The position numbers and the translations under genes were made by a program. The notes below the pieces were generated by a model that saw nothing but the letters and a program-made list of their open reading frames with translations, made no database searches and was not told the DNA's origin. From Hypanus sabinus (taxonomy: Eukaryota): a stretch of DNA of 64,000 bases. The stretch covers positions 11,036,001 to 11,100,000 of the forward strand of contig NC_082732.1 of NCBI RefSeq assembly GCF_030144855.1, read 5' to 3'. This document shows positions 25,416 to 38,125 of the stretch, piece after piece; the first letter of the stretch is position 1; each line of letters starts with the position of its first letter.

Positions 25416-27235
25416 AGTGCTGTATTTATCCTTACACTTTTCTTCAAAAAGTGTGTAATCTTTGCTGTTTTCCATTTCTTGTGCACCATTCACCAAAACA
25501 GTAGAAATTTCAAATGTACCCCTGCAGTTTCATTACTTACCCTGCTTTGTAAACCCTGGTAACTAAGCCTGGTATCTAAGCCTGGTGACTTATCCAGTTT
25601 AAATGCATTACCTTCCTTTCTTGCACTTCCACTAAATACCTCCAATAGAACTCAAGGATTAATTCAGCAGCTGTGTGCTATGAGAAAACACAAGTTTGGA
25701 AACTAGGGCAATGAAATCATCTTGTGAGCTGGCCAGGTATGCCATCTGGTATGCCAACTAGACATTGTCACATGCAACTTCTGGTATTGTGTTGTCAACA
25801 CATGGCTCTTCACCAGAAGGAAAGGATTCAAAAGAGTCATGTGACACAGAAATAGATCCTTTAGCCCACAGTGTCTGTGCTATCAAGTACTTCATTTCAC
25901 TGATTATATTCTAATTTAGTTTACTCACATTTCCTTCAAATGCTCCTAACTTGCCACACAAGGGGCAAGTGACATTTTCATCTTTAGAAAATGGGAGGAA
26001 ACCAGAGTATCTGAGGAAACCCATGCAGTCACAAGAAGAACCCGCAGACTCCACATAGACAGCACTGGAGGTCGGATTGGGTGACTGGAACTATGAGGCT
26101 GCTTTGAGGTGACCGAAAAATATTGGTTGTGTGTTTTGAATTCCTTGAAGAAGCTTCACCTGTTTTTATCCTTTTATTATTTCTAATTGTAAGCTGCTGC
26201 CATGTTTGATAAACTCCTTGCTTCCTTGAACTTACACAAAGTACAATAGAACACTACAGTTGAAGAAAATGCTAATTGCATTCTCTGAAACTGCAAAAAG
26301 CAGTAATGTCTAGATCAGAGGCACTTTGATTAGAGTAGCATTCTAAATGTTTTGTGCTAGTTGTAATTTAAAACCTCATTTGACCTTTCGTGGCTTTTGG
26401 CAGAAGAAAGAAAATAGAAAGCATTTGGTTCAGGCTGTGCCTTTCATATTGTCAGCTTGCCCCAGAAAATGAAACAGAACAGGAGAAGGTCCTTGAACTC
26501 TTCAATAAAACGATGGCTAATTCCACGCCTCCAGCCCACTTTACTGCTGATTTTCTTAGACTTTTTATTCCTCCCTATCACAACCTTAAGTATAGTCAAT
26601 AACTGAACATTTGTAGCTCATTCTGGCAAAGAATAGCCATGGTTTTCTATCCTCTGCAAAATTTACCTCAGTCTTCTTTACCCAACTGCTTATCTTGAGA
26701 GTTGGTCCTCTTGTTCAAGATTCTTCTAGTGGAAATATAAGCCTATCATCTTCCACCTGTCAATTGCTTTAAAAATATTATGCATCTCAGATCACCCCTC
26801 ATTATTACCAACTTCACTGAGTGAAGTCCATTCCTATTCAACTCCTCTTCATAGGACCTTCTAATAACTTTGTGCTGACTGAAAAACAAGGATGTTTTGG
26901 GGTACAGAGTCCTAAAACTGCATACAGTATGCCAACTGATATCACCCTGAAGAAACTGAAGAAGACTTCCTTTATTTTCTTCAACTTCTTCCTTACAATA
27001 TAGAAAATATTCCATTGTCTGTCGAATTACCTATCAATGTATTATGTGCTATGTTTCAAGTTCTTATCAGCAGGCACAGCAAGATTACTTTGAACACCAA
27101 CATTTCCTACTTTTCATTCAAGCACTTAGAAATCATTATTAACTTATGCATTTTATGATGCAAATAACCTTCTTTTCCCTACATAATAGGCAAAATCATA
27201 TTTGCTTGCCGAACCTGTATAAATACACTTACAGG

Positions 27236-27432
27236 AGGAAATCTGCAGATGCTGGAAATTCAAACAACACACACAAAATGCTGGTGGAACACAGCAGACC
27301 AGGCAGCATCTATAAGGAGGAGCGCTGTCGACGTTTCAGTCCTGATGAAGGGTCTCGGCCCGAAACATCGACAGTGCTTCTCCTTATGCTGCCTGGCCTG
27401 CTGTGTTCCACCAGCATTTTGTGTGTGTTGTT
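27236..27432. mobile_element. Fold-back Penelope-tail mini-element with TSD
   Basis: Inverted arms 27262-27337 and 27362-27433. Direct repeat taaatacacttacagg at 27220-27235 and 27433-27448. Confidence 0.85.
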
Positions 27433-28866
27433 TAAATACACTTACAGGCTCTTTATATACTTACTGCTCATCCTTTGCCCCCCAACCTTTCACACTTTGT
27501 AACACATAATACATTAAGCCGCTCCTTTCCTTCAATATCATAATCTGCAGCAGTTTATGACATTGAAGAAAAGAGAACACATCTTCTAGAGCTGACAGCT
27601 TGCGTACTAGCATGTAGAAGAGGTGGCTGTACAGACAATAGAATAATTAGTGAAGATCTTCCAAAACTCCGTAAGTTCTGGCAACACATACAAATTGCTA
27701 GAGGAACTCTGCAAGTCAGGTGGCATCTCTGGAAAAGAGCAAATGGTTGACATTTCAGGCCAAGACCCTTCAAGAAAGAGGACTCCTGACCTCACAATCT
27801 ATCTTGTTATGTTCATGCACGTTGTTATCTACCTACACTAGAGCAGTTATAATTTATTCTGCATTCTGTTATTGTTCTACCTCAATACACTGTGCAGTGA
27901 TTGCCATGAACTGTATGCAAGGCCAGCTTTTCACTATATCTCAGTACCTGTGTCAATAAGCTAATTCTACGCTTCAAATCCTATTCCATCTGTGTTCTTT
28001 CCTTTGGATGCCTACTTTCTTCACAGAGTCCTCATTTTCATTTATTTTCTGGGTATCTATCCATAAATCTGGAAGCTTCTTTATTCTTCTCATCTCTGCA
28101 AGACTTTTTTTTTGCTCTACAGTTTTGATTATCTTCCTTAGCATTTCCACTGAGCCTCCGAGCTTGATCTTCCTCTTTGACAAGTCTTGGAACTTTTAAG
28201 ATCAACTAGTAATAACAAAATATTCATTTCAAAGCAGCTTGTGGTGCAAAAGTTGGCTAACATATTTGCTGATGCTGTGGTGATGAGTAAAGGTCAAAAA
28301 TACACTTCCAAAGTGAAAATTAGCAGAAAGCATAAGAAAAGATTGCAGTACCTTCTATGGCTAAATTTAAAAAAAGGAGGTAATCTCTGAAATAAAGACA
28401 CAAGAGATTCTGCAGATGCTGGAAATCTAGAGTAACATGCGCAAACTGCTATATTTCAGGCCTTGAACCTTCATTACTCCTTCAGTCATCAGTCCTTATA
28501 AAGATTCTCTGCTCAGATTGCCAACCATTCATTTTCCTCCATGAATGCTGCCTGACCTGTTGAGATACACCATGATTTTGTCGTATCAAAGCTAGATATA
28601 ATTCCAAAAGAAAAAAAAAACGTATGTGGACTAAATAAACCACAGGGTCATTAAACATTTTTTGTTTGCTCTTCAATGCAGAAAGTAAAATAATTGGACA
28701 ATAAATGGAGGAAAATCCATGGGTCTATTGACAATGAGGAACCTACCAGAATGGCACAGTGTCTCAGCTATTACAGCTACAGAAACCCAGGCTTAAGCCT
28801 GATCAATGGGTGCTATCTATGTGCAGTCTGAACATTCTCCTTATGAGTGCTTGCTTTCCTCTAGGT

Positions 28867-28937
28867 CAAGTGGTTTCCAACTCTTTTTATGCCATGGATT
28901 AAGCAAGGGGTCCATGGACCCAGGTGATGAACCCTTG
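28867..28937. mobile_element. Tiny hAT-type MITE (71 bp) inserted in a V-SINE
   Basis: caagtggtttccaac...gatgaacccttg termini, TSD ctctaggt/ctcttggt (7/8). Confidence 0.65.
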
Positions 28938-31489
28938 CTCTTGGTACTCTCGTTCCCTCCACAGTCTTGCAGGTTAGAATTCAAAGTCTGAATCAGAATC
29001 AGGTTTGTTATCACTGGCATATAATGTCATGAAATTTGATGTTTTGCAGCAACAGTACAGTGCAAGGCACAAAGACTTACTACAGATTAAATTAAAAAGT
29101 AAAATAGATATATAGTTCAAAAGAGAGTAGCTAGGTAATGTTCATGGATTCATGGACCGTTCATAAATCTAATGACAGAGGGGAAGAAGCTGTTCCTGAA
29201 ATGTTGAGTGTGGGTCTTTAGGCTCCTATGCATCCTCCCTGATGGTAACAATGAGGAGAGGGCATGTCCTAGGTGGTAAGAGTCCTTAATGATGGATGTG
29301 GACTTTTTGAGGCACCAACTTTTGAAGATATCCTTGTCGAGTGAACAAATCTCTGCTGGCTCTTATGATCCAGTTCATAATAGTCTCTACACCAGGCAGA
29401 GGGTGTAAACTTAGTCACTTCATTGTGGGCACTGATGCCACTACTATGAGGATGATGCTGCCAAAGGATAGTGCTAGAACCTTGGTCTTGGACAAGGTTT
29501 AATTGATACAACTTGCGTATTGGACTCTGTAGTTGATGTTATGATGTGTTGGTGTTTTCTGGCCTCTCCTTTTTTTGTTGCTATATTTGTGGGATTTTAA
29601 TCTGTGGCCTGAATTCAGCATCTGACACAGTGCCAGGTTGAACTGAACTGAGCTAAGCGGAATATTACTGGACTTTTTTGATGACTTTGTGGATTGGTGT
29701 TTTATTTTCTAATTTTTTTTTGCCATTTGTGTGATTTGCTTTTTTTAATGTTGCGCGTTGAGTGTCTGATGTTTTGTTTTTGAACAACTTCCTTAATTTT
29801 CTTTGTTTCATGGCTGGCTGTCATGGAAGACAAATCTCAGGGTTGTATACTGCATAGAGATTTTGATAATAATGTGGTGCTCAAGAAGGAAAAATCTACA
29901 TTTAGGGATTCTAATCTTTCAGGACCTGCCCTCTTTTCATTTTTCTATCATCCAGGAGGAGGTACAGAAACCTGAAGATGCACATTCAACATTTTCAGAA
30001 GAGCTTCATTTCCTCTGCCATCAGATTTTTGAAAGGTCCATGAAGACATGAACTACCTCACTATTTTTGCTCTCATTTTGTACTCTTCATTTATTTTTTT
30101 TTATATTATCTTATTGTAATGCTTAGTTTTTTAATGCATTGCACTGTGCTGCTGCCGCTAAACAATAAATTTCACGATATATGTTAATGACGATAAAGCT
30201 GCTTCAGATTCTCATGCAACCAGAAAGAATGCTTTCCACCATACATCGATAGAAATTTTCTGGAGTCTTCAGTGACAAACAAAATTTCCTAAAGCTGTTA
30301 ATGAGGTGTAGCTATTGACATGCCTTCTTCTTGATGGCATCAGTATGTTGGAACAGAGATGTTGATGGGAGGTTAACCTGGCTCTGTATATTGCTCCAGA
30401 CATGTAGGTGAGTGGCAGGTTCTGATCAGAGCTACTTGGAATAGGGAGAATAATAAAATAATTAGATGAATGTAGTGTTAGTGTAAATGGGTGCTTGATG
30501 GTGGTCATGAACTTAGCTGGCCAAAGGAACAGTTTCTATTCCATATGACAGTAACTCCACTTGCTTCAGTTACTTTAAAACAAATGCACAGAAAAATGGG
30601 GAGGCTGAAACAGCTGACACAGAATGAACAACAGTTATATCCTAGAAAAGTATTAGAATTGTCAAACATGATTTCCTCTTCATATAACAATGTTAATTCT
30701 GCCTAATTATTTTCGGCTGTTCTAGGCATTCCAATTTTTGTATAATAGTCTTATAGTAGCAAAATAGAAATTGTCCTTGAGCCTGGTGGCAACTGATTTC
30801 AGGCTTTTTAAAACCTTCTGCCTAATGGAAGAAAGCAGAAGAGAGAATCTCTGGAAAGTGTGGGGTCCTTAATTATTTTAGCTGCTTTACTGAGGTAGTT
30901 ATAAGTGTAGACCGAGTCAACAGAGGGAAGTTTGTGATGTATTGAGGTGTATCCATAACTCTCTGAAGCTTCTTGATGTCCCAGGCATAGCAATTACTAA
31001 GTCATTATGCACCCAAAAAGTATCCTTTCCATAAAGCAGTGATAAAAACTGGTAAGGGTTGTCTTGGACAAATCAAGAACTATTGGAGATCAGCTGAGGA
31101 GTAGAAGACGTTGGGAATCTGCCAATAGAGTTTGAGTTGAGGAGAGCTTGGAAGTTTTTGAAAAAGGATACTGTAGATAAAGATAAACAATCAGTTCAGT
31201 AAAAGCATGGATAAATATTCATAAGGCATGAAATTCATTCTTAGGAACATTTCACATTAACCTTGGCCGTCTTGTTGAGAATCTTGAAAGCAAATAATTC
31301 AACACAATTTATCCACAATGATTCCTCAAATGGGCATTAAATTGTGTGTAAAATGTAGATGCCAGAATGGTTTAATTGGCAGCTCACTCATCCATGAGCT
31401 AAAAGTCTCCCTACTCCCTACTGATGCCCACACACTGCAAAGCAGTATGAAGATTAAGGTGGTGATGTATCCCGATGAGATATGGAACT

Positions 31490-32235
31490 AAGATGACACC
31501 ATTGTTGCTGGAGAAATCTCAGACAGTGATGAGCGGTGTACAAGAGTAAGATAGATCAGATGGTTGAGCTGGAACTCAAAGACAACCTCTAATTCAGCAT
31601 CTGAAAGACCAGGGAATTGATTGTGGACTTCAGGAAAGAGCACAAACCAGCCTTTGTTGAGGAGTCACTGGTGGAAAGCGTGAGTAGTGGATGTGGGTGC
31701 TAACATCTCCAAGGATCGAACCTGGGCACAACACATCGGTGCAATCACAGGGAAGGCACACCAGCGGCTCTGTTTCATTAGGAGTTTGAGGATAATTGGC
31801 ATGTCACCAAAGATTCCTGCAGATCTCTATAGGTTTATGGTGGAGAGCATTCTGATTGGGTGCATCTCAGCCCCTCATTCATAGGATAGCAAGAAGCTGT
31901 GGAAGGTTATAGACTCAGCCAGCATAACTCTACTATCATTGAATATATGTTCAAAAGGCAGTGCCTCAAGAGGGCAGCATCCATTGTTAAGGAACCTCAC
32001 CATCTGGAATATGCCCTCTTCAAGAGCCTGAAGATCCACACTCAATGACTCCAAAGCAGTCCCTTCCCCTCCTCTAACAGATTTTTGAATGCTCCATGAA
32101 TACCACTTCTTTATTTTTTCCTTTGCACTATTTACTTTTTTAGTCATTTACATCTTTGCACTGTACTGCTATTGCAAAACAACAAGTTTCATGTCATATA
32201 TATTTCTGATAATAAAACCGATTTTGATTCTGACT
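31490..32235 (+). mobile_element. Rex1/Babar LINE 3' fragment
   Basis: DDTIVAG..., TWAQHIGAITGKAHQRLCFIRSLR...VESILIGCI, with a (ctgatt) tail. Confidence 0.75.
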
Positions 32236-35200
32236 GATTCTTCCTTTTTATTTGAATATTAGTGAATAGTCCCATGGCCTAATTGCATTTTGGAGTTATG
32301 GCTTCTAGCTCCACTGATAATGTTTGAAAGACACCTGGAAGCTGCTGGATCCTGATGCTTTTGCAATCCAAATGTGGTTTGCAATTCAAGACGAGGCATA
32401 AAACTTATTGCTAGAAATTTTATTCAGCATTGCAAAAAGCAAAGAATGGACAAAGAAAGACAAAGGAAAGAGCAGCTATGTTCACCTCATACTCAAATTC
32501 CAGTGATAATAATTAAGCAATTAAATAGACAGATTCAAGTGGCACTAGAATGTACTAGACGTTTCTAGACAAATGCAGAAGTGACTATAACATAAGTGCA
32601 GGAAATTTCACAGAACAATTATGTGTATATAGGTGATGACATAATAATGCAAGCACGCATTGGAAATTCCAAGAAAGTGCAAGAAAATACACAAAAAAAT
32701 AACAATTCTACATCCTAATCCAACAAAGCATTTAAATTGTATTGACCAAAATAATTGCTTGTAAACTGATCATTTGTTTTGCTGAAGTATTCTTGTGTAA
32801 AATATGGTTACTGTATTTATATTATCTCTGATAACTGTTGTGTGAATTCACAAAGGATTTCCACGACTGCTTTAAAACTGTGGAACATAAAAGCAAATTG
32901 GTGCATGTTTTGTGGATTTTACTTTGTTGGAGAACTTGCTAAATCAATTTAGCTCATATTAATTGGTATTCAGTTGCCTTATTTCATGCTGGTCTGCCTC
33001 CTTGCTTGTGACTTGGGTGAACTAACTATGTTCCAGTGCCAAAGACAACTCAATAAAATATACCTTCCAAATGTTTTGTTGCATTACGGTGTAATTTAAT
33101 TATTAGTACACTTGGCTGACTACTGTTCGGCTGTCTTAAAGGGGTCAAATGTACATTTTCTGCTCAATAAATTGTGATCAGTGCAACTGAGGCTAAATGA
33201 AACGGGTGCCTACATATCACTGGGTTGAAACCCCCAGTACATTAGAGCAGAAATGTGCCTGGAGCTTGTGGAGATTACAATACAAATGAAGGAACCTGAC
33301 AGCTGTAAATCAGCCCTTTAATTCTTTGGATTGTTTCAAAGACATTTTTTGCCAGCACTTACATATTATTGATTTTCCAGCCTATTTGCTGACAACTGGA
33401 ATTTCTCGACATTCTTCACCACAGTAGACTGATGGAATGAATTATTTTAAGATGTCTGCTTTTTTCTGATCATCTCTTACATTAGCCATTCAATTACATC
33501 AGAAAGTAGATGGAGAGACTGAATAGATTTCTGTACCACTAGGGAAATAAGGTACTGGGCTGAAAGCAGATGGAATCAGGTAGCACTGGAAAATCTTGTC
33601 GCTGTTTTAAAATAACACTATAAGTTGACCAGCTGAACAATATCTTGTTAGCATCACCTTTCAGACATGAACACAAGAAAGGCAGGAGATTACTGAAAAA
33701 TCTAATAAGACTTACATGAAGGGGAAGGTAAAAGGAACTTATTGCTTAAAAATGCACATGCCCTTAAGTCTGAATTTGATCAAACTAGCAATTTCATAAA
33801 AAAAGTCAAACAATTTTAAAATTTTGACTTTTATTGATATTGATTTATTGTTGTCACGTGTACTGAGATATAGTAAGAGCATGTCTTGTGTACTGTTTGT
33901 ACAGGTCAAATCAATTACACAGTGCATTAAGCAGTAAGAATGCAGAATAAAGTTTAACACCTACAGTGTATTGCAGGTAAACAATAAAGTACAAGAGTAC
34001 AGAAGGTAACTCCCACATTCACAGAGGGAACATGCAAACTCCAAACAGACAGCAATAGGAAGCAAAGCCAGAATCAAATTTGTGTCTCTGGGGCTGTGAT
34101 TGAGGCTGAAACGCTAATTACTACAATACTGAGTCAGCTATTCATTGAACAAAAGAGTCAATGGGAGATAAACTAGCAACTATGGGAATATGCAGAGATG
34201 CTGAAATTTATCATGCATATTTTGGTTTTCATTCTTTCTGTGCCTGATCTTCATTGTGTTTTCTGTGGCTGACCTCCTACATCAGAATAATGATGACATT
34301 TCACCATCCACGCAATAACTGGGGTTTGTCAGGTGATGAGAAATACTGCATGTTTTCTTTAGCTTTTAAATATAGTTACCCATCTTTGGGCATTTTCAAT
34401 ATTTGCAAGATTTTGCCATTTGGAATAATTAGAGAGTTTCTATTTGCTGAAGGCAGCCTCCTCAAGAAAATTAAATATGATCGAATAGGAGGAATTCAAA
34501 ATATCATGAAACAGAAGCATAATATCTAAATGGAAATTGTAGAGCTTTGAGATAAAGAAATAGATAAGCATTGGGGTGAAATGTTATCCTGGGTTGACAG
34601 GAAAGTGGCATTAAAGAAAAAAGATATGGATAGGAAAGATTTAGAGGGAGGTGGGCTAAGTGCAGGCAAACTAAACTAGTTCAGTTAGATGAGTTGGACA
34701 GCATTGTCAGGTTGGACCGAATGGCCTGTTTTACCTGTGTATAACACTATGACTAAGTGAATCTGAGGTTCCAATCCCATCTATTTAGATGGATCTATCA
34801 TATGTTTGTACATCTGTTGCAGGCAGGTTGCAGTCACACTTCTTGTATCATTAAGCCATCACTTCAACTTGTGTTCTTCCTTCTTTGAAATGATTTCTTC
34901 TACTTCCTTCATAGATCTCCCTGCATATAAAATCTCTCCTACCTATATTCACACTATCCTCTGCCTTAATATATTCCATATTAACTTGTGATTATGATTA
35001 TGGATGATTAGGCAATGCATCATATTCTTGTTACACTCTTCAATTCTTTCCCCATTCCTCTCCAAGCCTCATTCCTTTAAAGTTGCACCCTAGGAAAAGG
35101 GAATGGGTAAATTAAGATCACAAAAGATTGCTTAATGAAAGAACTTATAATGTGTCAGGACAGTGTTTCTACTGCGTGCGTCCTCTGTTGGGTCTTCATA

Positions 35201-36021
35201 AAACTTCCGGAATGAATATTAACACAGGTAGGACTCAGGTAGTCACATGATAACTTCACAAAACTATAAAATCAATGTAGCAAATGCCACATTGTTTGAG
35301 CTCAATAGAATTTAATGCAAGCCCTGGTTAAAACCCACAACTTAGAGTTGAGCTATCTAGAGACAGATGGAACTAATTGTAAACTCATAGGAAATAGATG
35401 TTTTAGTATCTTCATGGATTTGTAAAATTGCTATCCATAGAATTTGTTTTATTTTCTGACAGAATCTCTGCAGTGTCACTGAAAATTTATCATCAAATAT
35501 CCTGACTGCTTGCACCATAGTGAGTTTTGGTAATTCCAATCACAGGAATGCAAAATACAGCAGAGTAGGGGTCATGGGCATAGTCCTCCCCACAGTGGCA
35601 GCATCTACATGAAGCACTGCCTCAAGAAGGTGGCATCTATTATGCATTCACCAGCTCTCATCTCAGCGGGCAGTATTTGCCTGACATAGACAACAACCAG
35701 ATGTGAACAACAGAATATCTTTCTCTAGTGTTTAAGTTGATCTATTTCTCCACAGCTGTAAAATCCTCCTCTGAAATGACCTCTATGAATCGCTTGCTGT
35801 TGCTTTTCGCAATTCTCTTTTTAACTGCAATTTGCCTCCATCTACTTTTTGGCACTCTATGGGATTTGCACAATGTTCGCGGTGTAACTGAAATGAGATA
35901 TTTTGAGGAGGGAACGTAAGTCCACAGAATCAGTGTGAGGGGAGAACACAGTGGGCATGGAAAAAGAGAGCTTAAAATTCTGACAGGCTTCCTGATTCTG
36001 AATCTGCCAATGAAGTAAGAA

Positions 36022-36476
36022 GACTCAGTGGCCTCTTTATTAGCTACCCCCTGATGTTATAACATATGATCATTTCAGTCATTGTCACCTTCCTTCAGCT
36101 TGAAGCAGTCTAGTCATTCTCCTCTAAACTTGTTGATTAACAAGGTGCTATCATCCACAGAATTGCCGCTCACTGGATTTTTTTTTTTGTTTTTTGCACC
36201 ACCCTCTGTAAACTCTAGAGACTGTTGTGTAAGAAAACCCTAGGGGTTCAGTAGTTTCTGAGATACTCAAACCACCCCGTCTGGCACCAACAATCACTCT
36301 ACAGTCAAAGTCACGTTGAATATTTAGCATTCTAATGTTTAGTTTGGAAACAATTGAACTATTTGACCATGTCTGCATGCTTTAATGCATTGTGTTGCTG
36401 CCACGTGTTTACCTGATTAGATACTTGCATTAACAAGCAGGTGTATAGAAATACCTAATAAAGTAGCCACTGAGTG
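36022..36476 (-). mobile_element. Tc1/mariner deletion derivative with transposase N-terminal HTH remnant
   Basis: TIRs actcagtggcctctttattag / ctaataaagtagccactgagtg followed by TA. Minus-strand DFDCRVIVGARRGGLSISETTEPLGFSYTTVSRVYRGWCKKQ...SSERQFCG. Confidence 0.85.
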
Positions 36477-36824
36477 TATGTGAGCTGTAGCTATTAATTC
36501 TGTTAATCACGCAAAATGTTGCTCATTGGTCTAGACCCGGATAAACAACACCACAAGATTTTGTTTGCTCTATGAAACAGAGAAGTGAGATATTGTGAGG
36601 TTTCTGATCTGAGATCCAGTAAGATACACAAAAGGGCATTATCAAAGAGCTTGCAAATCACCAAATTGTGGAGGGATCCAGAAACCATGGGAGTTCCACT
36701 GTATTTCCTCTTTCTGTTAAGCAGTAATGGGGGTTGAAGGACAGTTCAGAAAGAAAGCTGTCTCAGCCTATGCCCAAGTACCCTTTTCTATTGTAGGCAC
36801 TAGATCAAATTCCTGCTCTGTCCA

Positions 36825-38125
36825 TTTAGATTCAGTTTATTGTCACTTAGAAACCACAAATGCAATGCAGTTAAGAAATGAGATAACGTTCCTCCAGAAT
36901 GATATCACAAAAGCATATGACAAAACAGACTACATCAGAAAATCCACATAATGTTGGGCAATCCACAATCCAGAGTCCGGAGAGGCTGCTGCATATTAAT
37001 ATTGTGCTACCATCTTAACGCCTTCCCTGGAAAGGAGCTCCAAATCCACCAAACAAAACAAGACCAAAAACTAAAGCTACAAGACCTGAACAAAACCATA
37101 CAGTTACAACATATAGTTACAACAGTGCAAACAATAGCATAATTGATAAAAAAAAAAAGACCATGGGCACAGTAAAAATAGTCCAAAGATGTTAAAAGAC
37201 TGTAAGTTCAAAAGAAACCACCACACAGTTTCCACAAGTCCTCAGGGTCCCAATAGACTCATCATCCCATGCAGGCAGCAGAAGGGAATACCCCCGCTAT
37301 GGACTTCCATGGCGCCACCCGACTCAGCCTCGCAGACGCAGCACACAATGAAAGCTCCGTCGAACCCAGCCTCGCAGACACAGCACACACTGAAAGCTCC
37401 GTCGAACCCAGCCTCGCAGACACAGCACACACTGAAAGCTCCGTCGAACCCAGCCTCGCAGACGCAGCACACAATGAAAGCTCCGTCGAACCCAGCCTCG
37501 CAGACACAGCACACAATGAAAGCTCCGTCGAACCCAGCCTCGCAGACGCAGCACACAATGAAAGCTCCGTCGAACCCAGCCTCGCAGACACAGCACACAC
37601 TGAAAGCTCCGTCGAACCCAGCCTCGCAGACACAGCACACAATGAAAGCTCCGTCGAACCCAGCCTCGCAGACACAGCACACAATGAAAGCTCCGTCGAA
37701 CCCAGCCTCGCAGACACAGCACACACTGAAAGCTCCGTCGAACCCAGCCTCGCAGACACAGCACACACTGAAGGCGACCTGATCGCAACGGACTCCAAGT
37801 CCGTCAAACCTCCGAGCCTCCGACCAATCCCTCCGGCACAACTTCTTCGAGCACTATCCTCTACCAAGCTTATTAAGATGGCCCCGCTAACGGCCATTGG
37901 CAACACAACCCTGAGGACTGGGGGCCTGTTCTTCCCAGCAGAGACCCAGACCTCACAGCAGCAGCAGTAACGAAGAAGGTCTTCCTGGAGATTTTCAGAT
38001 GTTCCTCCGTGCTCCCACATCTGTTTTTCATCCGATTATGATTGCGCACGGCACCCCGCTTCACAAATAACAGATAATCAGCTCTGCAGTGGCCGTTGCA
38101 AGCTGTATCGTGCCGCCATCTTGGA
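36825..38125 (-). mobile_element. Non-autonomous ~1.3 kb retroposon carrying a minisatellite
   Basis: The minus strand begins ccaagatggcggcacg and ends gacaataaactgaatctaa (Rex1-like tail). CpG-rich, so probably young. Confidence 0.6.
37326..37772. repeat. 42-bp minisatellite, 10 full units plus a partial unit
   Basis: Unit agcctcgcagac[a/g]cagcacaca[a/c]tgaaagctccgtcgaaccc. Head-to-tail, no spacers. Confidence 0.97.

Noticed and set aside
27974-28183. Lys/Glu-rich minus-strand ORF as a host exon
   Set aside because: Unrecognised, no clear splice boundaries, and purine bias explains the open frame. Possibly decayed LINE.
34333-34450. C/D-box snoRNA (GTGATGA...CTGA)
   Set aside because: Only a marginal terminal stem, no clear C'/D' boxes or recognisable rRNA guide. 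Expected by chance.
37326-37772. CRISPR array or repeat-protein gene
   Set aside because: Units are contiguous with no unique spacers, there are no cas genes and the context is eukaryotic. The long ORFs are a by-product of a stop-free 42-bp unit.
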